DNA from: a virus
Taxonomy: Duplodnaviria > Caudoviricetes
Length of the DNA stretch: 45,741 nucleotides
Strand: one strand, 5' to 3'
IMG/VR virus record: IMGVR_UViG_3300049135_000061
Location: 1-45,741 of that record
Under the pieces are notes generated by a model that ran no database searches, was not told where the DNA came from, and worked only from the letters and a program-made list of their open reading frames with translations. Made by a program: the position numbers and the translations under genes. Below, in pieces: positions 15,859 to 24,558 of the stretch (the first letter of the stretch is position 1; the number at the start of each line of letters is the position of its first letter).

Positions 15859-16052
15859 CTGACCTCATCCTGAAGAGGCTCCGCATGGAGCACGCGGCGC
15901 TGGAGTACCGCGCCGAGCACCTGCGCACGCAGCAGCGCGCCGCCATCGCCACCAGCCCCCGGGCCGCCGCCCTGGGGCGGCAGATCAGGGAGACGCAGGC
16001 CCACGCGGACAGCTACGCCGTGCTCATCGAGAAGGCGGAGGAGATGCGGTGA
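15855..16052 (+). CDS. Hypothetical coiled-coil protein
   Basis: ATGA overlap. Confidence 0.65.
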   Translation: MTDLILKRLRMEHAALEYRAEHLRTQQRAAIATSPRAAALGRQIRETQAHADSYAVLIEKAEEMR

Positions 16053-16234
16053 GCGAACCGGTGCGGCTCCTGCCGCAAGACCAGGACGACCCGGTCAACG
16101 TCCTCCGCTTCACGGACGGCCGTGTCGTCATTTGTACGCACGACGGCGCGCCCTGCCCTGGATGCCAGACGCCACGGGAACAGTGGCCCGCTGTGTGGGA
16201 GCCGGGGTTCTTGCGCCTGGAGGAGGGCTCATGA
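16049..16234 (+). CDS. Hypothetical protein
   Basis: GTGA overlap; GGAGG RBS. Confidence 0.6.
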   Translation: MSEPVRLLPQDQDDPVNVLRFTDGRVVICTHDGAPCPGCQTPREQWPAVWEPGFLRLEEGS

Positions 16235-16404
16235 AGCGCCGCAAGCCCCTGCTGGGGTGCCGCATCAAGCACCGCTGGTCGCGCTGGGCGTACGTGAAGG
16301 TGGACTACGCCGACGGCTACGAGCCCGAGCTGCGCGACGACATGCAGTTCCGCATGTGCCGCCAGTGCGGCCACCAGGAGCTGCGGGAGCGGGTCGAGGC
16401 GTGA
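16231..16404 (+). CDS. Small Zn-binding protein (C..KH.W...CRQCG)
   Basis: ATGA overlap; GGAGG RBS. Confidence 0.65.
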   Translation: MKRRKPLLGCRIKHRWSRWAYVKVDYADGYEPELRDDMQFRMCRQCGHQELRERVEA

Positions 16405-16769
16405 GGGTCATCGTCACCGGCTCCCGCCGCTGGAGCGACAAGGCGGCCGTCTGGGACGCGCTGAATGCCGTCTACCAGGAGCATGGCTCCTTCCTGCTGG
16501 TGCACGGCGATTGCTCCACCGGAGCGGACGCCATGGCCCACCAGTGGGTGGAAGCGGCCAGCCGCCTGGTGCAGGTGCAGGAGCAGCGCTTCCCTGCCGC
16601 CTGGGAGGCGCGCGGCAAGGCCGCCGGCCCGGAGCGCAACAGGCGCATGGTCGAGGCCGGGGCCGATCTGGTCCTGGCTTTTCCGCTGCCGGAGGGCTCC
16701 GGCACACAGCACACGATCAAGCTCGCCCGGGAGGCGGGCATAGAAATACGGGTGATCGAGCATGGATGA
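16401..16769 (+). CDS. SLOG-superfamily (YspA/DUF2493-like) protein
   Basis: VIVTGSR.W...VHGDC.TGAD...AGPERN..M...GT..TI motifs. Confidence 0.85.
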   Translation: MRVIVTGSRRWSDKAAVWDALNAVYQEHGSFLLVHGDCSTGADAMAHQWVEAASRLVQVQEQRFPAAWEARGKAAGPERNRRMVEAGADLVLAFPLPEGSGTQHTIKLAREAGIEIRVIEHG

Positions 16770-17028
16770 GCCGCACTCCGGCCTGTCTCACGACCTGCCG
16801 GCGTATTACCCCAACGACCCGCCCCAGATCACCTGGGAGCGGGTCCAGGTCTTTAAGAGCCAGCTCAGCGAGCGCTGGTGGTGGGCGCACGAGTGCGCCA
16901 CGCACGAGGGAGGCTGCGCCAAGGAGCATGACTCCCACGTCCTGGCCCTGGTGGGCGGGCTGGAGCACGCCCGGCTCTGCCTTCGGGCGAGCGTCGTCAT
17001 GAAGCTCCGGGAAAGGGGGCTGCTGTGA
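16762..17028 (+). CDS. Hypothetical protein
   Basis: Overlapping operon arrangement. Confidence 0.6.
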   Translation: MDEPHSGLSHDLPAYYPNDPPQITWERVQVFKSQLSERWWWAHECATHEGGCAKEHDSHVLALVGGLEHARLCLRASVVMKLRERGLL

Positions 17029-17201
17029 GCGCCGAGCAGTGGCGCGAGCGCTTCCAGGCGCTGATCCGTGAGGCGAAAGCCGACCGCTACGAGCTGTTCA
17101 TTCAGAACGAGTGCTGCGGCTGTGAGCGCCTGGAGCTGCGCGTGTGTCCCGAGGGCTGGGGCTATGACGAAAGTTCGTTGATCGTGAGGTGGCCCGAGTG
17201 A
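17025..17201 (+). CDS. Hypothetical protein (58 aa, MSAEQWRERF...)
   Basis: Hand translated; GTGA overlaps at both ends. Confidence 0.6.
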   Translation: MSAEQWRERFQALIREAKADRYELFIQNECCGCERLELRVCPEGWGYDESSLIVRWPE

Positions 17202-17647
17202 GCACCAAGAGCAAGGCCAAGGGCACCGCCGCAGAGCGCGAGGTGGTGCGCTATCTCCAGAACTGGTGGCCCGCCGCCGAACGGCGCGCGCTGTCCGGCA
17301 ACAAGGACAAGGGCGACGTCGCCGGAATCCCCGGCGTGGTCGTGGAAGTCAAGGCCGCTGCCACGCAGCAGCTCCCCGCCTGGATGCGGGAGACCTGGGT
17401 GGAGATGGAGAACGCTGGCGCGGTGCACTGCATGCTCGTGGTCAAGCGCCCGCACAAGAACGTGGCCCGCTGGGACGCGTACGTCCCGTACACCCTGCTC
17501 CCGTGGGACTCCGGGGATCATGAAGGAGAGACGGAGGTGCAGATGTGGGCGCGTATGGATCTCCGCCTCGCAGCGCTGATCCTCGCCGAGGAGATGCCCC
17601 GCTGGTCCCCATCGCTCCAATCCTCCAGCACTACAACGTGGAGCTGA
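17198..17647 (+). CDS. Holliday junction resolvase (Hjc-like PD-(D/E)xK)
   Basis: SKAKGT.AEREVV.YL...DKGDV....VVEVK. Confidence 0.85.
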   Translation: MSTKSKAKGTAAEREVVRYLQNWWPAAERRALSGNKDKGDVAGIPGVVVEVKAAATQQLPAWMRETWVEMENAGAVHCMLVVKRPHKNVARWDAYVPYTLLPWDSGDHEGETEVQMWARMDLRLAALILAEEMPRWSPSLQSSSTTTWS

Positions 17648-17961
17648 ACAACACCCGCTGGGGCGAGGAGCAAGTCTGCTGCCCCGTCCACGGGGACCGA
17701 CGCCCCTCGATGCGTGTCAACGCCGAGAAGGGCGTCTTCTTCTGCCACTCGTGCGGCGCCAAGGGCTCCGCAATCAACCTCATCATGCTCATGGAGGGCT
17801 GCGACCGTGCAGACGCTCACGAACGCGCAGCGGCAATTCTTCGAGAGCGCGGCATCGACCTACCAGAGCGATCTCGCGGCCGATACCAGCGCCCAGGCAT
17901 ATCTGGAGAGGCGGGGGTTCAGCCCACAGGACGCCGCTACGTTCCGCCTGGGCGTCGTTAA
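17545..17961 (+). CDS. DNA primase Zn-finger (CHC2) subunit
   Basis: CPVHGDRRPS.RVN.EKG.FFCHSCG.KG; start uncertain. Confidence 0.85.
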   Translation: MGAYGSPPRSADPRRGDAPLVPIAPILQHYNVELNNTRWGEEQVCCPVHGDRRPSMRVNAEKGVFFCHSCGAKGSAINLIMLMEGCDRADAHERAAAILRERGIDLPERSRGRYQRPGISGEAGVQPTGRRYVPPGRR

Positions 17962-18481
17962 CCGCCCCCTGGTGGGCCACGAGGGCTACCGGGGCCGTCT
18001 CGTCATTCCGTACATCACGCCTGCCGGCGTGGTCAACATGCGTTTCCGGTGCCTGAAAAATCACGTCTGCTCGAAGGCGGTGATCTTCACCGACGAGAAG
18101 GGCAAGCCCGTCTACTGCCCCAAGTACCTGTCCATGGACGGCTACGAGTCCAATCTCTACAACGTGCTGGACCTGAAGAAGGAGTCTCGTTTCATCGGCA
18201 TCACCGAGGGTGAGCTGGACGCCATCGCGCTATCCGTCAGCGGCATCCCCGCCGTGGGGGTGCCGGGGGTGGAGAACTGGCAGGACTACTTCTCCCGTTG
18301 CCTGGCGGACTTCGATGTGATCTACAGCTTCGCCGACGGCGACACCGCCGGGCGGAAGTTCTCCAAGTTCCTGGCCAGGGAGGCCAAAGCCAGGAAGGCC
18401 CCGATCCCGAAGGGCAAGGACGTCAACCAGATCTACCAGGAAGGAGGCGCGGATGCCGTCCGAGCCCTCATCGAGCAGTAA
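17807..18481 (+). CDS. DNA primase TOPRIM subunit
   Basis: YLERRG, RLVIPY, ITEGELDA, FADGDTAG, KDVN; GGAGG RBS before GTG. Confidence 0.9.
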   Translation: MQTLTNAQRQFFESAASTYQSDLAADTSAQAYLERRGFSPQDAATFRLGVVNRPLVGHEGYRGRLVIPYITPAGVVNMRFRCLKNHVCSKAVIFTDEKGKPVYCPKYLSMDGYESNLYNVLDLKKESRFIGITEGELDAIALSVSGIPAVGVPGVENWQDYFSRCLADFDVIYSFADGDTAGRKFSKFLAREAKARKAPIPKGKDVNQIYQEGGADAVRALIEQ

Positions 18482-19154
18482 CTGCGCTTGCAGTCACAGC
18501 CGCTTCCACCACCAGCATCCCGAGAAGCAGGACGGCTCGTGCACGCATCCGGACTGCGAGTGCATGGCGTACGCGCGCCCCACGGTGGAGGAGGTGCCCT
18601 TCCCGGGTGACCGTGCATCGGTGGAGGCGCTGATCAGGCAGGCCCAGGAGTACCGCCGCAAGCTGCACCCCTGCAAGCACCCCAACGCCGAGTACCTGGG
18701 CAGCATCAGCGGTGCCGGCGAGCCGGCCACCAAGCGCTACGGCTGCCCGGACTGCGGCGAGCGCTACCAGGTGCAGGAAGAGCAGGGGGCGGAGGAGCCG
18801 CCCTGTCCTCATGAGTCCTGGGAGGTTGGCTCTCAGTGGCGCGACAAGGGCACCGACAAGTGGTGGAAGTCGCGCCGATGCGCGGACTGTCGCGAGTACC
18901 TGGACAACGTCCTGGACGACGAGCCGCATGAGTTCGAGGGCTCGCCGGAGGCCAAGACCTCCCCGCCCCAGCCCGAGCGTCGCCCCCCGTACGCCGTGGC
19001 GTACAGCGCCGGGGGCCACGCCTACGAGGTGCTGCTGCCCGGCGACGCCAGGGTGGAGGCCGTGGACGGCCGCCTCATCATCGAGCACCCGGGGCTCCAG
19101 GTGCTCGGCATCATGCGCGTCCAGCCCGTACGAACGGAGAACAGCGATGGCTGA
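18453..19154 (+). CDS. Multi-Zn-finger hypothetical protein
   Basis: CACSH...CEC, CKH...CPDC, CPH...CADC repeats. Confidence 0.7.
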   Translation: MPSEPSSSSNCACSHSRFHHQHPEKQDGSCTHPDCECMAYARPTVEEVPFPGDRASVEALIRQAQEYRRKLHPCKHPNAEYLGSISGAGEPATKRYGCPDCGERYQVQEEQGAEEPPCPHESWEVGSQWRDKGTDKWWKSRRCADCREYLDNVLDDEPHEFEGSPEAKTSPPQPERRPPYAVAYSAGGHAYEVLLPGDARVEAVDGRLIIEHPGLQVLGIMRVQPVRTENSDG

Positions 19155-19506
19155 CCGCGTGCTCATCGACGGAGAGCTTCACGAGATCTCGCCGAAGGTC
19201 TGGGAGATCTTCGAAGGCTGGTGGGGTGACAAGGCATACCGACAGGCGGGCTTCGTTGCCCTGCTGGAGAAGACCGTGCGTGAGCAAGTGGCCTTGGAGA
19301 TCGAGGCCAGGGAGGACGACTCCTGGCCCCTGGCGGGCCCTCGGGCAGCCCGACGAGCTGCCGACGTGGCGCGAGGCGAGTGGGAAGACCCCGAGCCCAC
19401 GTACTGGTTCTGCAACTCGTGCGGCGAAGAAGTGCAGGACGAGTCCGAGGACTGCTGCGAGGACGGCGAGAACGAACCCAGCTACGAAGGAGCCTGCAAT
19501 GGCTGA
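19147..19506 (+). CDS. Hypothetical protein
   Basis: GGAG RBS; coupled. Confidence 0.65.
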   Translation: MADRVLIDGELHEISPKVWEIFEGWWGDKAYRQAGFVALLEKTVREQVALEIEAREDDSWPLAGPRAARRAADVARGEWEDPEPTYWFCNSCGEEVQDESEDCCEDGENEPSYEGACNG

Positions 19507-19651
19507 CACCGAGAACGAGACCAACGCCCGCCAGCACATCCGCATAGCGCTGGCGGAGCTGATCGAGGACCGCGAGCACGAGCACAGCCGTGCGGACATC
19601 AAGGCGTTCCTGAACTCCGAGCTGGACCACGCAATGGGGGATGCGGCATGA
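19499..19651 (+). CDS. Hypothetical protein
   Basis: AAGGAG RBS. Confidence 0.6.
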   Translation: MADTENETNARQHIRIALAELIEDREHEHSRADIKAFLNSELDHAMGDAA

Positions 19652-19983
19652 GCCTAACCCTGACCATCGGCAGGGACGCCTTCAAGATCTGCCACAGGGA
19701 GGGCGCCCGCACCACAGTGTGGGACGTCTCGAAGAACGACTCCGAGGAGTCGCTGATCCAGACCTTCAAGGACGTCATCGCCTTCGTGGAGGGCGCCCAG
19801 GCGCATGACGGTCACCCGGTGTTCGAGCGCCTGCGAGGCGAGCTGGAGCGCGCCAGCGGCGGCGCCGTGCCCGGCGCGGGCACCACGGCCACGAACGGCT
19901 GGGCGGCCGTCTACGGCTCTCCCAAGCCGCCGGAGCACTGGGAGGGCCAGGTGGAGATCGTGAAGCCCGAGGAGGAGGCGTGA
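19648..19983 (+). CDS. Hypothetical protein
   Basis: ATGA overlap. Confidence 0.7.
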   Translation: MSLTLTIGRDAFKICHREGARTTVWDVSKNDSEESLIQTFKDVIAFVEGAQAHDGHPVFERLRGELERASGGAVPGAGTTATNGWAAVYGSPKPPEHWEGQVEIVKPEEEA

Positions 19984-20234
19984 TGGGCGCTCCCGAGATG
20001 TACCCGGACCTGTACCGGGAGCACTTGACGGGTGATCCCGCCTACGACAAGGCGTTCGCCGCCCTGGCGGACTGCCCGAGCTTCGTTCAGGTGGAGCAGG
20101 CACTGAAGACCTACGCCCACGAGCTGGCGGAGAAGCAGCGGGCGTTCCGTGGCCCCTCCATGACTATGGCGGGCCGCACCATGGTCCCGCTGGAGATGAT
20201 CACCGACCTGATCGACCCGGAGGTGTCGGAGTGA
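19980..20234 (+). CDS. Hypothetical protein
   Basis: GGAGG RBS; overlap. Confidence 0.7.
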   Translation: MMGAPEMYPDLYREHLTGDPAYDKAFAALADCPSFVQVEQALKTYAHELAEKQRAFRGPSMTMAGRTMVPLEMITDLIDPEVSE

Positions 20235-20395
20235 AGCGCTACACGTTCACATGCGTCCTGTCCGAGGTACCGGACGACGACGACAACCCGGAGCGGTTCG
20301 TTCGCCTGGCGCTGACGTACGGCGACAAGCACCAGGACTTCGTCATGCATCGGGAGGGCGAGGTTCTGGTGGAGAGTTACGAGGAGGGCGAGTGA
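20231..20395 (+). CDS. Acidic hypothetical protein (54 aa)
   Basis: Hand translated; GGAGG RBS; GTGA overlap. Confidence 0.6.
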   Translation: MKRYTFTCVLSEVPDDDDNPERFVRLALTYGDKHQDFVMHREGEVLVESYEEGE

Positions 20396-20619
20396 TGGCC
20401 GCTGACCGCGAGTGGTTCATGGTCGAGAAGCCGAACGGCAACTCTGCCGATGGCAAGGAGTACCCCAATAAGGAGGCCGCCGCGCAGGCGGCCAGACTCC
20501 TTGCTCCGGAGTGCAACGAGCGCCTGACCGTCGTGAAGTACACCCGCAAGGAGGTGCGCACTTTTACCCGGAACGTCACGATCGCCGAGGCGGACATAGG
20601 CACTGCCACCCCGGCATGA
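20395..20619 (+). CDS. Hypothetical protein (MAADREWFMV...)
   Basis: GGAGG RBS; TGATG coupling. Confidence 0.7.
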   Translation: MAADREWFMVEKPNGNSADGKEYPNKEAAAQAARLLAPECNERLTVVKYTRKEVRTFTRNVTIAEADIGTATPA

Positions 20620-20624
20620 GAAGA

Positions 20625-20700
20625 TGGCAGCTCCCTCTCCAAGGGAAGCTGCTCCGTTCGGGCCGGCCTAATCACCCGGCCCACCTCTTGCGGAGCATGC
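20625..20700 (-). repeat. Orphan antisense copy of the early leader element
   Basis: Minus strand reads GGCCGG-gtgattagg-CCGGCC then CAGCTTCC-cttggagagg-GAGCTG. Confidence 0.55.
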
Positions 20701-20701
20701 A

Positions 20702-20735
20702 GAAGCCCCCGGCCTTCGGGCCGGGGGCTTTTTTG
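20702..20735. terminator. Terminator between the convergent early and late arms (probably bidirectional)
   Basis: AAGCCCCCGGCC-ttcg-GGCCGGGGGCTTTTTT. Confidence 0.9.
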
Positions 20736-20780
20736 CGTTTGCCCACCATCTTGGTGTGCTGCCTCGAACAGAGTAGCGAA

Positions 20781-21026
20781 TTATTGGATGAGCTGGAAGA
20801 CCCCGGCTCCGCCGGCCGAGCCGACGGCCGCAGCCGCCAGCGACAGCTTCCACAGCTTCGCCTCCAAGACGGCGAACTTCGCCTTCAGCTCGACCACCTC
20901 TCGCTCGACCGTGGCAGTGCGCTGGAGCGAGGTGTCCAGCCTTCCGTTGAGCTTGGCGAAGCCTTCGTTGACTGCGCCCCGTAGATCTGCCAGGGCTACC
21001 GCCACCGCTCCGGTCTCGTCATTCAT
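20781..21026 (-). CDS. Coiled-coil membrane protein (lysis accessory candidate)
   Basis: Coiled coil plus C-terminal hydrophobic helix; follows the holin. Confidence 0.7.
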   Translation of the reverse strand: MNDETGAVAVALADLRGAVNEGFAKLNGRLDTSLQRTATVEREVVELKAKFAVLEAKLWKLSLAAAAVGSAGGAGVFQLIQ

Positions 21027-21202
21027 GCAGCCGCCTTGCGCTTGTTGACAACCCAGGACTTCAGGGCGGCCAGGGTCAGCGCCAGCGGCGCCGCCCACCA
21101 GGTGGAGACATTGGCCAGCTCGGTGATACCGAGAGCCAGCGCTGCCTCGGCTCCGGTCCAGCCGGAGCGCTCCACGATGTCCAGGTACTGCTTCAGGTCC
21201 AT
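21023..21202 (-). CDS. Holin (59 aa, MDLKQYLDIVERSGWTGAEA...)
   Basis: Hand translated; ER...T.AEA motif, two hydrophobic segments, basic C-terminus. Confidence 0.7.
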   Translation of the reverse strand: MDLKQYLDIVERSGWTGAEAALALGITELANVSTWWAAPLALTLAALKSWVVNKRKAAA

Positions 21203-21205
21203 GTC

Positions 21206-21439
21206 TTACTCCCTTAGGGACGGTGGCCGCAGGCGGTCCAGCGCCTCGGCTGTGGCCCGGTCCAGGACGCCTGTCACCGGGAGCTTCGAGTAGTGCTGCA
21301 AGGCCCTCAGGTGGGCTTTCGTGGCGTCGTCCATCTCGCCCGTCTCGTCCAGCAGCAGCGCCCGCTGGGCGGTGCGTACGGACTCCCGCTCGGAGTCGTT
21401 GGCGGGGGCGATGATGACGCGTTCCGGTGGCCAGGTCAT
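21206..21439 (-). CDS. Stand-alone peptidoglycan-binding domain protein
   Basis: V..AQRAL...TG.MD.AT...LR.LQ...LPVTG.LD.AT..AL (PG_binding_1 pattern). Confidence 0.75.
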   Translation of the reverse strand: MTWPPERVIIAPANDSERESVRTAQRALLLDETGEMDDATKAHLRALQHYSKLPVTGVLDRATAEALDRLRPPSLRE

Positions 21440-23355
21440 GCTGTGATCACATCCGCGATGGTCCGCAGCTCCACCCAGAGGATTCCGCCTGTGGAGCTGT
21501 CGTTGTTGGCCCAGGGGCTCTTCTGCTCGAAGCGGTAGTCGTCGATGACTACGAGGTAGCTCGTCCCGCTTCGGAGGTTCTGGAGGGTGACGGCGTCACC
21601 CCGGGCAAAGATCTGCTCGAAGGCTTCCAGGCGATCCAGGGAGCGCCCCTCCCGGCCGACCTGCTGGCCGGCGCGATCCTTCTCCTTGTCCATGCAGAGC
21701 AGCGGCAGGGTGAAGACGCGCTGGCGCACGGCCCCCGGCATCGCCTTGAGCTGCCAGCCGTTGACCTCTCCGCCCTGGGTGGTGTCGGTGGAGGAACGGG
21801 TGAGTGAGATCTTGAGCTGTACCCATTCGACCGCTGTCGTCGGGGCGGTCATGACCACGTCCTGGATGGCCAGGGACGACCCCTGGGACACGGTGACGAT
21901 GGAGGTGTCTGCCCCGCCGGGGTCCAGCACGGAGACGCCCACGGAGCCGTAGAGGCTCGATGGCGTCTTGATCGTGATGAACTTGAAGATCTTCGGCTCC
22001 AGCGTGTTGTACCGGACTCGTCCGGTCTTCAGGTAGCCGCTGGACTCCTTCGTCGTGGCGGACTCCAGGTACGCCCCCTGGCCCACGACCGCGAACACCA
22101 TGCGGTCGCTGCTGCCGAAGTTCGTCACCGAGCAGACCTCGCCCGTGACGTGCGCCTGAAGGTCTGTGGCGTACGCGTAGCGCACGGACGGGCTGACGCC
22201 GTTGTCCTGGATGGGCTGGCCCAGGTCCACGCGGTACAGGCCGCTGGAGGCGTCGATGCCGTTCGTCGCTCCGACGAAGAAGAAGCGGTCGTAGGCGGCC
22301 ACGCAGCGCACGCCGTTGCTGTTCTCGATGAGCAGCGGGCCATAGCGCAGATCGCCGTTGTCGTCGATCTCGCCGACGCGAAAGCCCTTGTTGGTGCCGA
22401 TGCCGACGAAAGCACCCAGGTAGGTCGTCAGGCTGTAGACGACCTCTCCGCGCGGGAGCTGGGCGGCGAGGACGCCGCCTGACGCCAGCGTGGGCACGTT
22501 GCCGCTCGTGTCCAGCACGAACTTGTAGATGTCGCTCTGGCTCCCGGCGTAGCCGGAGGCGTAGATGGCGTTGGTGCCTTCGGCGATGTCTGTCCAGACC
22601 CACGCCGAGTTGAGATGCGTGAACTTGGCGACCGGCAGGGCCGGGCCACCGGTAGCCAGCTCGTACACCGACGCGCCGATGCCCGCCATCAGGCGTCCCT
22701 TGACCCAGCGCACTACCGTGTTGGCACTGCCGGTGTTCCATAGCAGCGCCCCGGCGCCGTTGCCGGCGCCTCGGTAGATGCCGATGTTATCGGCGGCGTA
22801 GTAGTTGGTTCCGTCGCTCGCCAAGCTCCTGATGGTGTTGGCGCCGCCCCATGTGATCGTGGTCGTAGCGCTACCTGTGTCGGACTTGAGCACGTTGCCG
22901 ACGGCGGACCAGTAGCGGTCCGTGCCGTCGCTCCAGCCCACCACGTGATGCTTGTTCGCCGTACCGTCGGCGATGCGCTGGGAGGTCTCACGCAGCAGCG
23001 TGAGCTTGCCGTTCACCCAGGGGTTCACGCCCACAGATTCGCCGTACCTGACGGCGTACTGGTTGTCCGAGGACGGGTCCTGGTACAGGAGCCCGGCCCC
23101 GCCTACGAAGGACTGCTGAGAGCGGTGCCACCAGCCGGCCAGGGACTGCTCGCCGGGAATCTGCTGCTGGTCCACCTGCTCCTTGCGCACCGGGGCCCCG
23201 CCCCGGGTCATCACGTGCTGGTCATCGATCTTCAGCAGCCACGGCATGCCCGCAAGGGCGATGTCGTACTGCACGCCCTCCAAGGCGTAGGAGGAGGACG
23301 TGGAGGCGGTGCGGCCCGACAGGGCGAATGGGAGCCTGCTGACGATGCCTGCCAC
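21436..23355 (-). CDS. Tail protein (beta-rich; nozzle/tail tubular B-like)
   Basis: 639 aa, beta-propeller-like composition; tail module position. Confidence 0.65.
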   Translation of the reverse strand: MAGIVSRLPFALSGRTASTSSSYALEGVQYDIALAGMPWLLKIDDQHVMTRGGAPVRKEQVDQQQIPGEQSLAGWWHRSQQSFVGGAGLLYQDPSSDNQYAVRYGESVGVNPWVNGKLTLLRETSQRIADGTANKHHVVGWSDGTDRYWSAVGNVLKSDTGSATTTITWGGANTIRSLASDGTNYYAADNIGIYRGAGNGAGALLWNTGSANTVVRWVKGRLMAGIGASVYELATGGPALPVAKFTHLNSAWVWTDIAEGTNAIYASGYAGSQSDIYKFVLDTSGNVPTLASGGVLAAQLPRGEVVYSLTTYLGAFVGIGTNKGFRVGEIDDNGDLRYGPLLIENSNGVRCVAAYDRFFFVGATNGIDASSGLYRVDLGQPIQDNGVSPSVRYAYATDLQAHVTGEVCSVTNFGSSDRMVFAVVGQGAYLESATTKESSGYLKTGRVRYNTLEPKIFKFITIKTPSSLYGSVGVSVLDPGGADTSIVTVSQGSSLAIQDVVMTAPTTAVEWVQLKISLTRSSTDTTQGGEVNGWQLKAMPGAVRQRVFTLPLLCMDKEKDRAGQQVGREGRSLDRLEAFEQIFARGDAVTLQNLRSGTSYLVVIDDYRFEQKSPWANNDSSTGGILWVELRTIADVITA

Positions 23356-23358
23356 GGC

Positions 23359-24558
23359 TTACTCCTCTACCGCGACCCAGTCGCACGTGATGGACAGGGT
23401 GCGGCTGACGCCGCCCACGTCGTTGCAGCGCAGCGTCATGCCGCCGGAGGTCACCGTGCTGGCGCGGACGATCAGGGCGGAGGAGCCGGAGGGAAGGCTG
23501 GTGAGCGTGGCCGTGACCTTGGGCGTGCCGGAGAAGCGGCTGGCGGGGAAGCTGACGGACACGTCCACCGTGGAGGTAGCGGAGAAGTTGAAGGTGGTGG
23601 ACCCTGTTGCGACCTTCGGCACGTTGGGGGCGGTGATGTTACCCACCGAGACGAAGGCGCCATCGGTCTTCAGGGTGCCTGCCGCGCTGCGGTACAGGTT
23701 CGTGTCCATGGTGAAGCTGCTGCCGGCGCCCCAGCCCATGACGCCGTTGGTCTCCAGCAGGTACCGGATGCCGGTGTCACCGGACACGCGGGACTGGATG
23801 ATGTCGTCACCCGCCGCCGATCGGGTCCAGCGAAGTGCGTCTTCCGTGCCGAGGATGCTCGCGGCCTCTCGGTAGAGGACCGTGTCTCCCGTGGCGCTTC
23901 CCGATCCCCAGGTCAGCTTGCCGTCCGCGTCAACAATCAGCCGGCTCTGGCTGTCGCCAGTGACTCTGGCCCGGATGGCCGGGTCTGAGGTGGCTGCCCG
24001 TTCGAACAGAGCGGACAGCGTGGTGAAGGTCGGCCCGCCGGAGAAAGTAGGCGAGCCGGTGAAGCTTGGAGCGCCCGAGAAGACCACGGCGCCCGACAGG
24101 GTCGGGGTGCCCGAGAATGTGCCCGCCAGACTGCCGCCGTTGGCGTACGCGGCGTTGTTGATGGTCGGAGACGTGAGCGTCTTGTTCGTCAGGGTCTGCG
24201 TCTGCGTGGCGCCCACCAGGTCGCCCGTGACGCCGTGCACGGAGGAGGTGGCGGCCTCATGCGTGCGGAAGTCGGTTGCGTCGCCAGCGTGGTACACGTG
24301 GCGCACCACGGCGCCGAGACTGTGGCTCTGGGCGCTGGTGCCGCTATGTCCTCGCGTCACCGTCAGCGTGGTGCCGGCTGCCCCCGTTACCACGACCAGC
24401 TCTTCCGTGGCGCCTCCGTAGTCGAGCGCCAAGACATACGGGAAGGAGCCGGGGAAGCCCGTGGTGGCAGCAACGCCAACGGATGTCGCACCGGCAGACA
24501 CTGAGCCCGTCAGGGTCGTCTGCTGGGCCAGGTTGCTGTAGAAGTAGGCGTTGGCCAT
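23359..24558 (-). CDS. Tail fiber / minor tail protein
   Basis: Start MANAYFYSN; VHGV, QTLTNKTLTSPTI and repeated G...WG.GS...DT.LYR motifs. Confidence 0.8.
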   Translation of the reverse strand: MANAYFYSNLAQQTTLTGSVSAGATSVGVAATTGFPGSFPYVLALDYGGATEELVVVTGAAGTTLTVTRGHSGTSAQSHSLGAVVRHVYHAGDATDFRTHEAATSSVHGVTGDLVGATQTQTLTNKTLTSPTINNAAYANGGSLAGTFSGTPTLSGAVVFSGAPSFTGSPTFSGGPTFTTLSALFERAATSDPAIRARVTGDSQSRLIVDADGKLTWGSGSATGDTVLYREAASILGTEDALRWTRSAAGDDIIQSRVSGDTGIRYLLETNGVMGWGAGSSFTMDTNLYRSAAGTLKTDGAFVSVGNITAPNVPKVATGSTTFNFSATSTVDVSVSFPASRFSGTPKVTATLTSLPSGSSALIVRASTVTSGGMTLRCNDVGGVSRTLSITCDWVAVEE

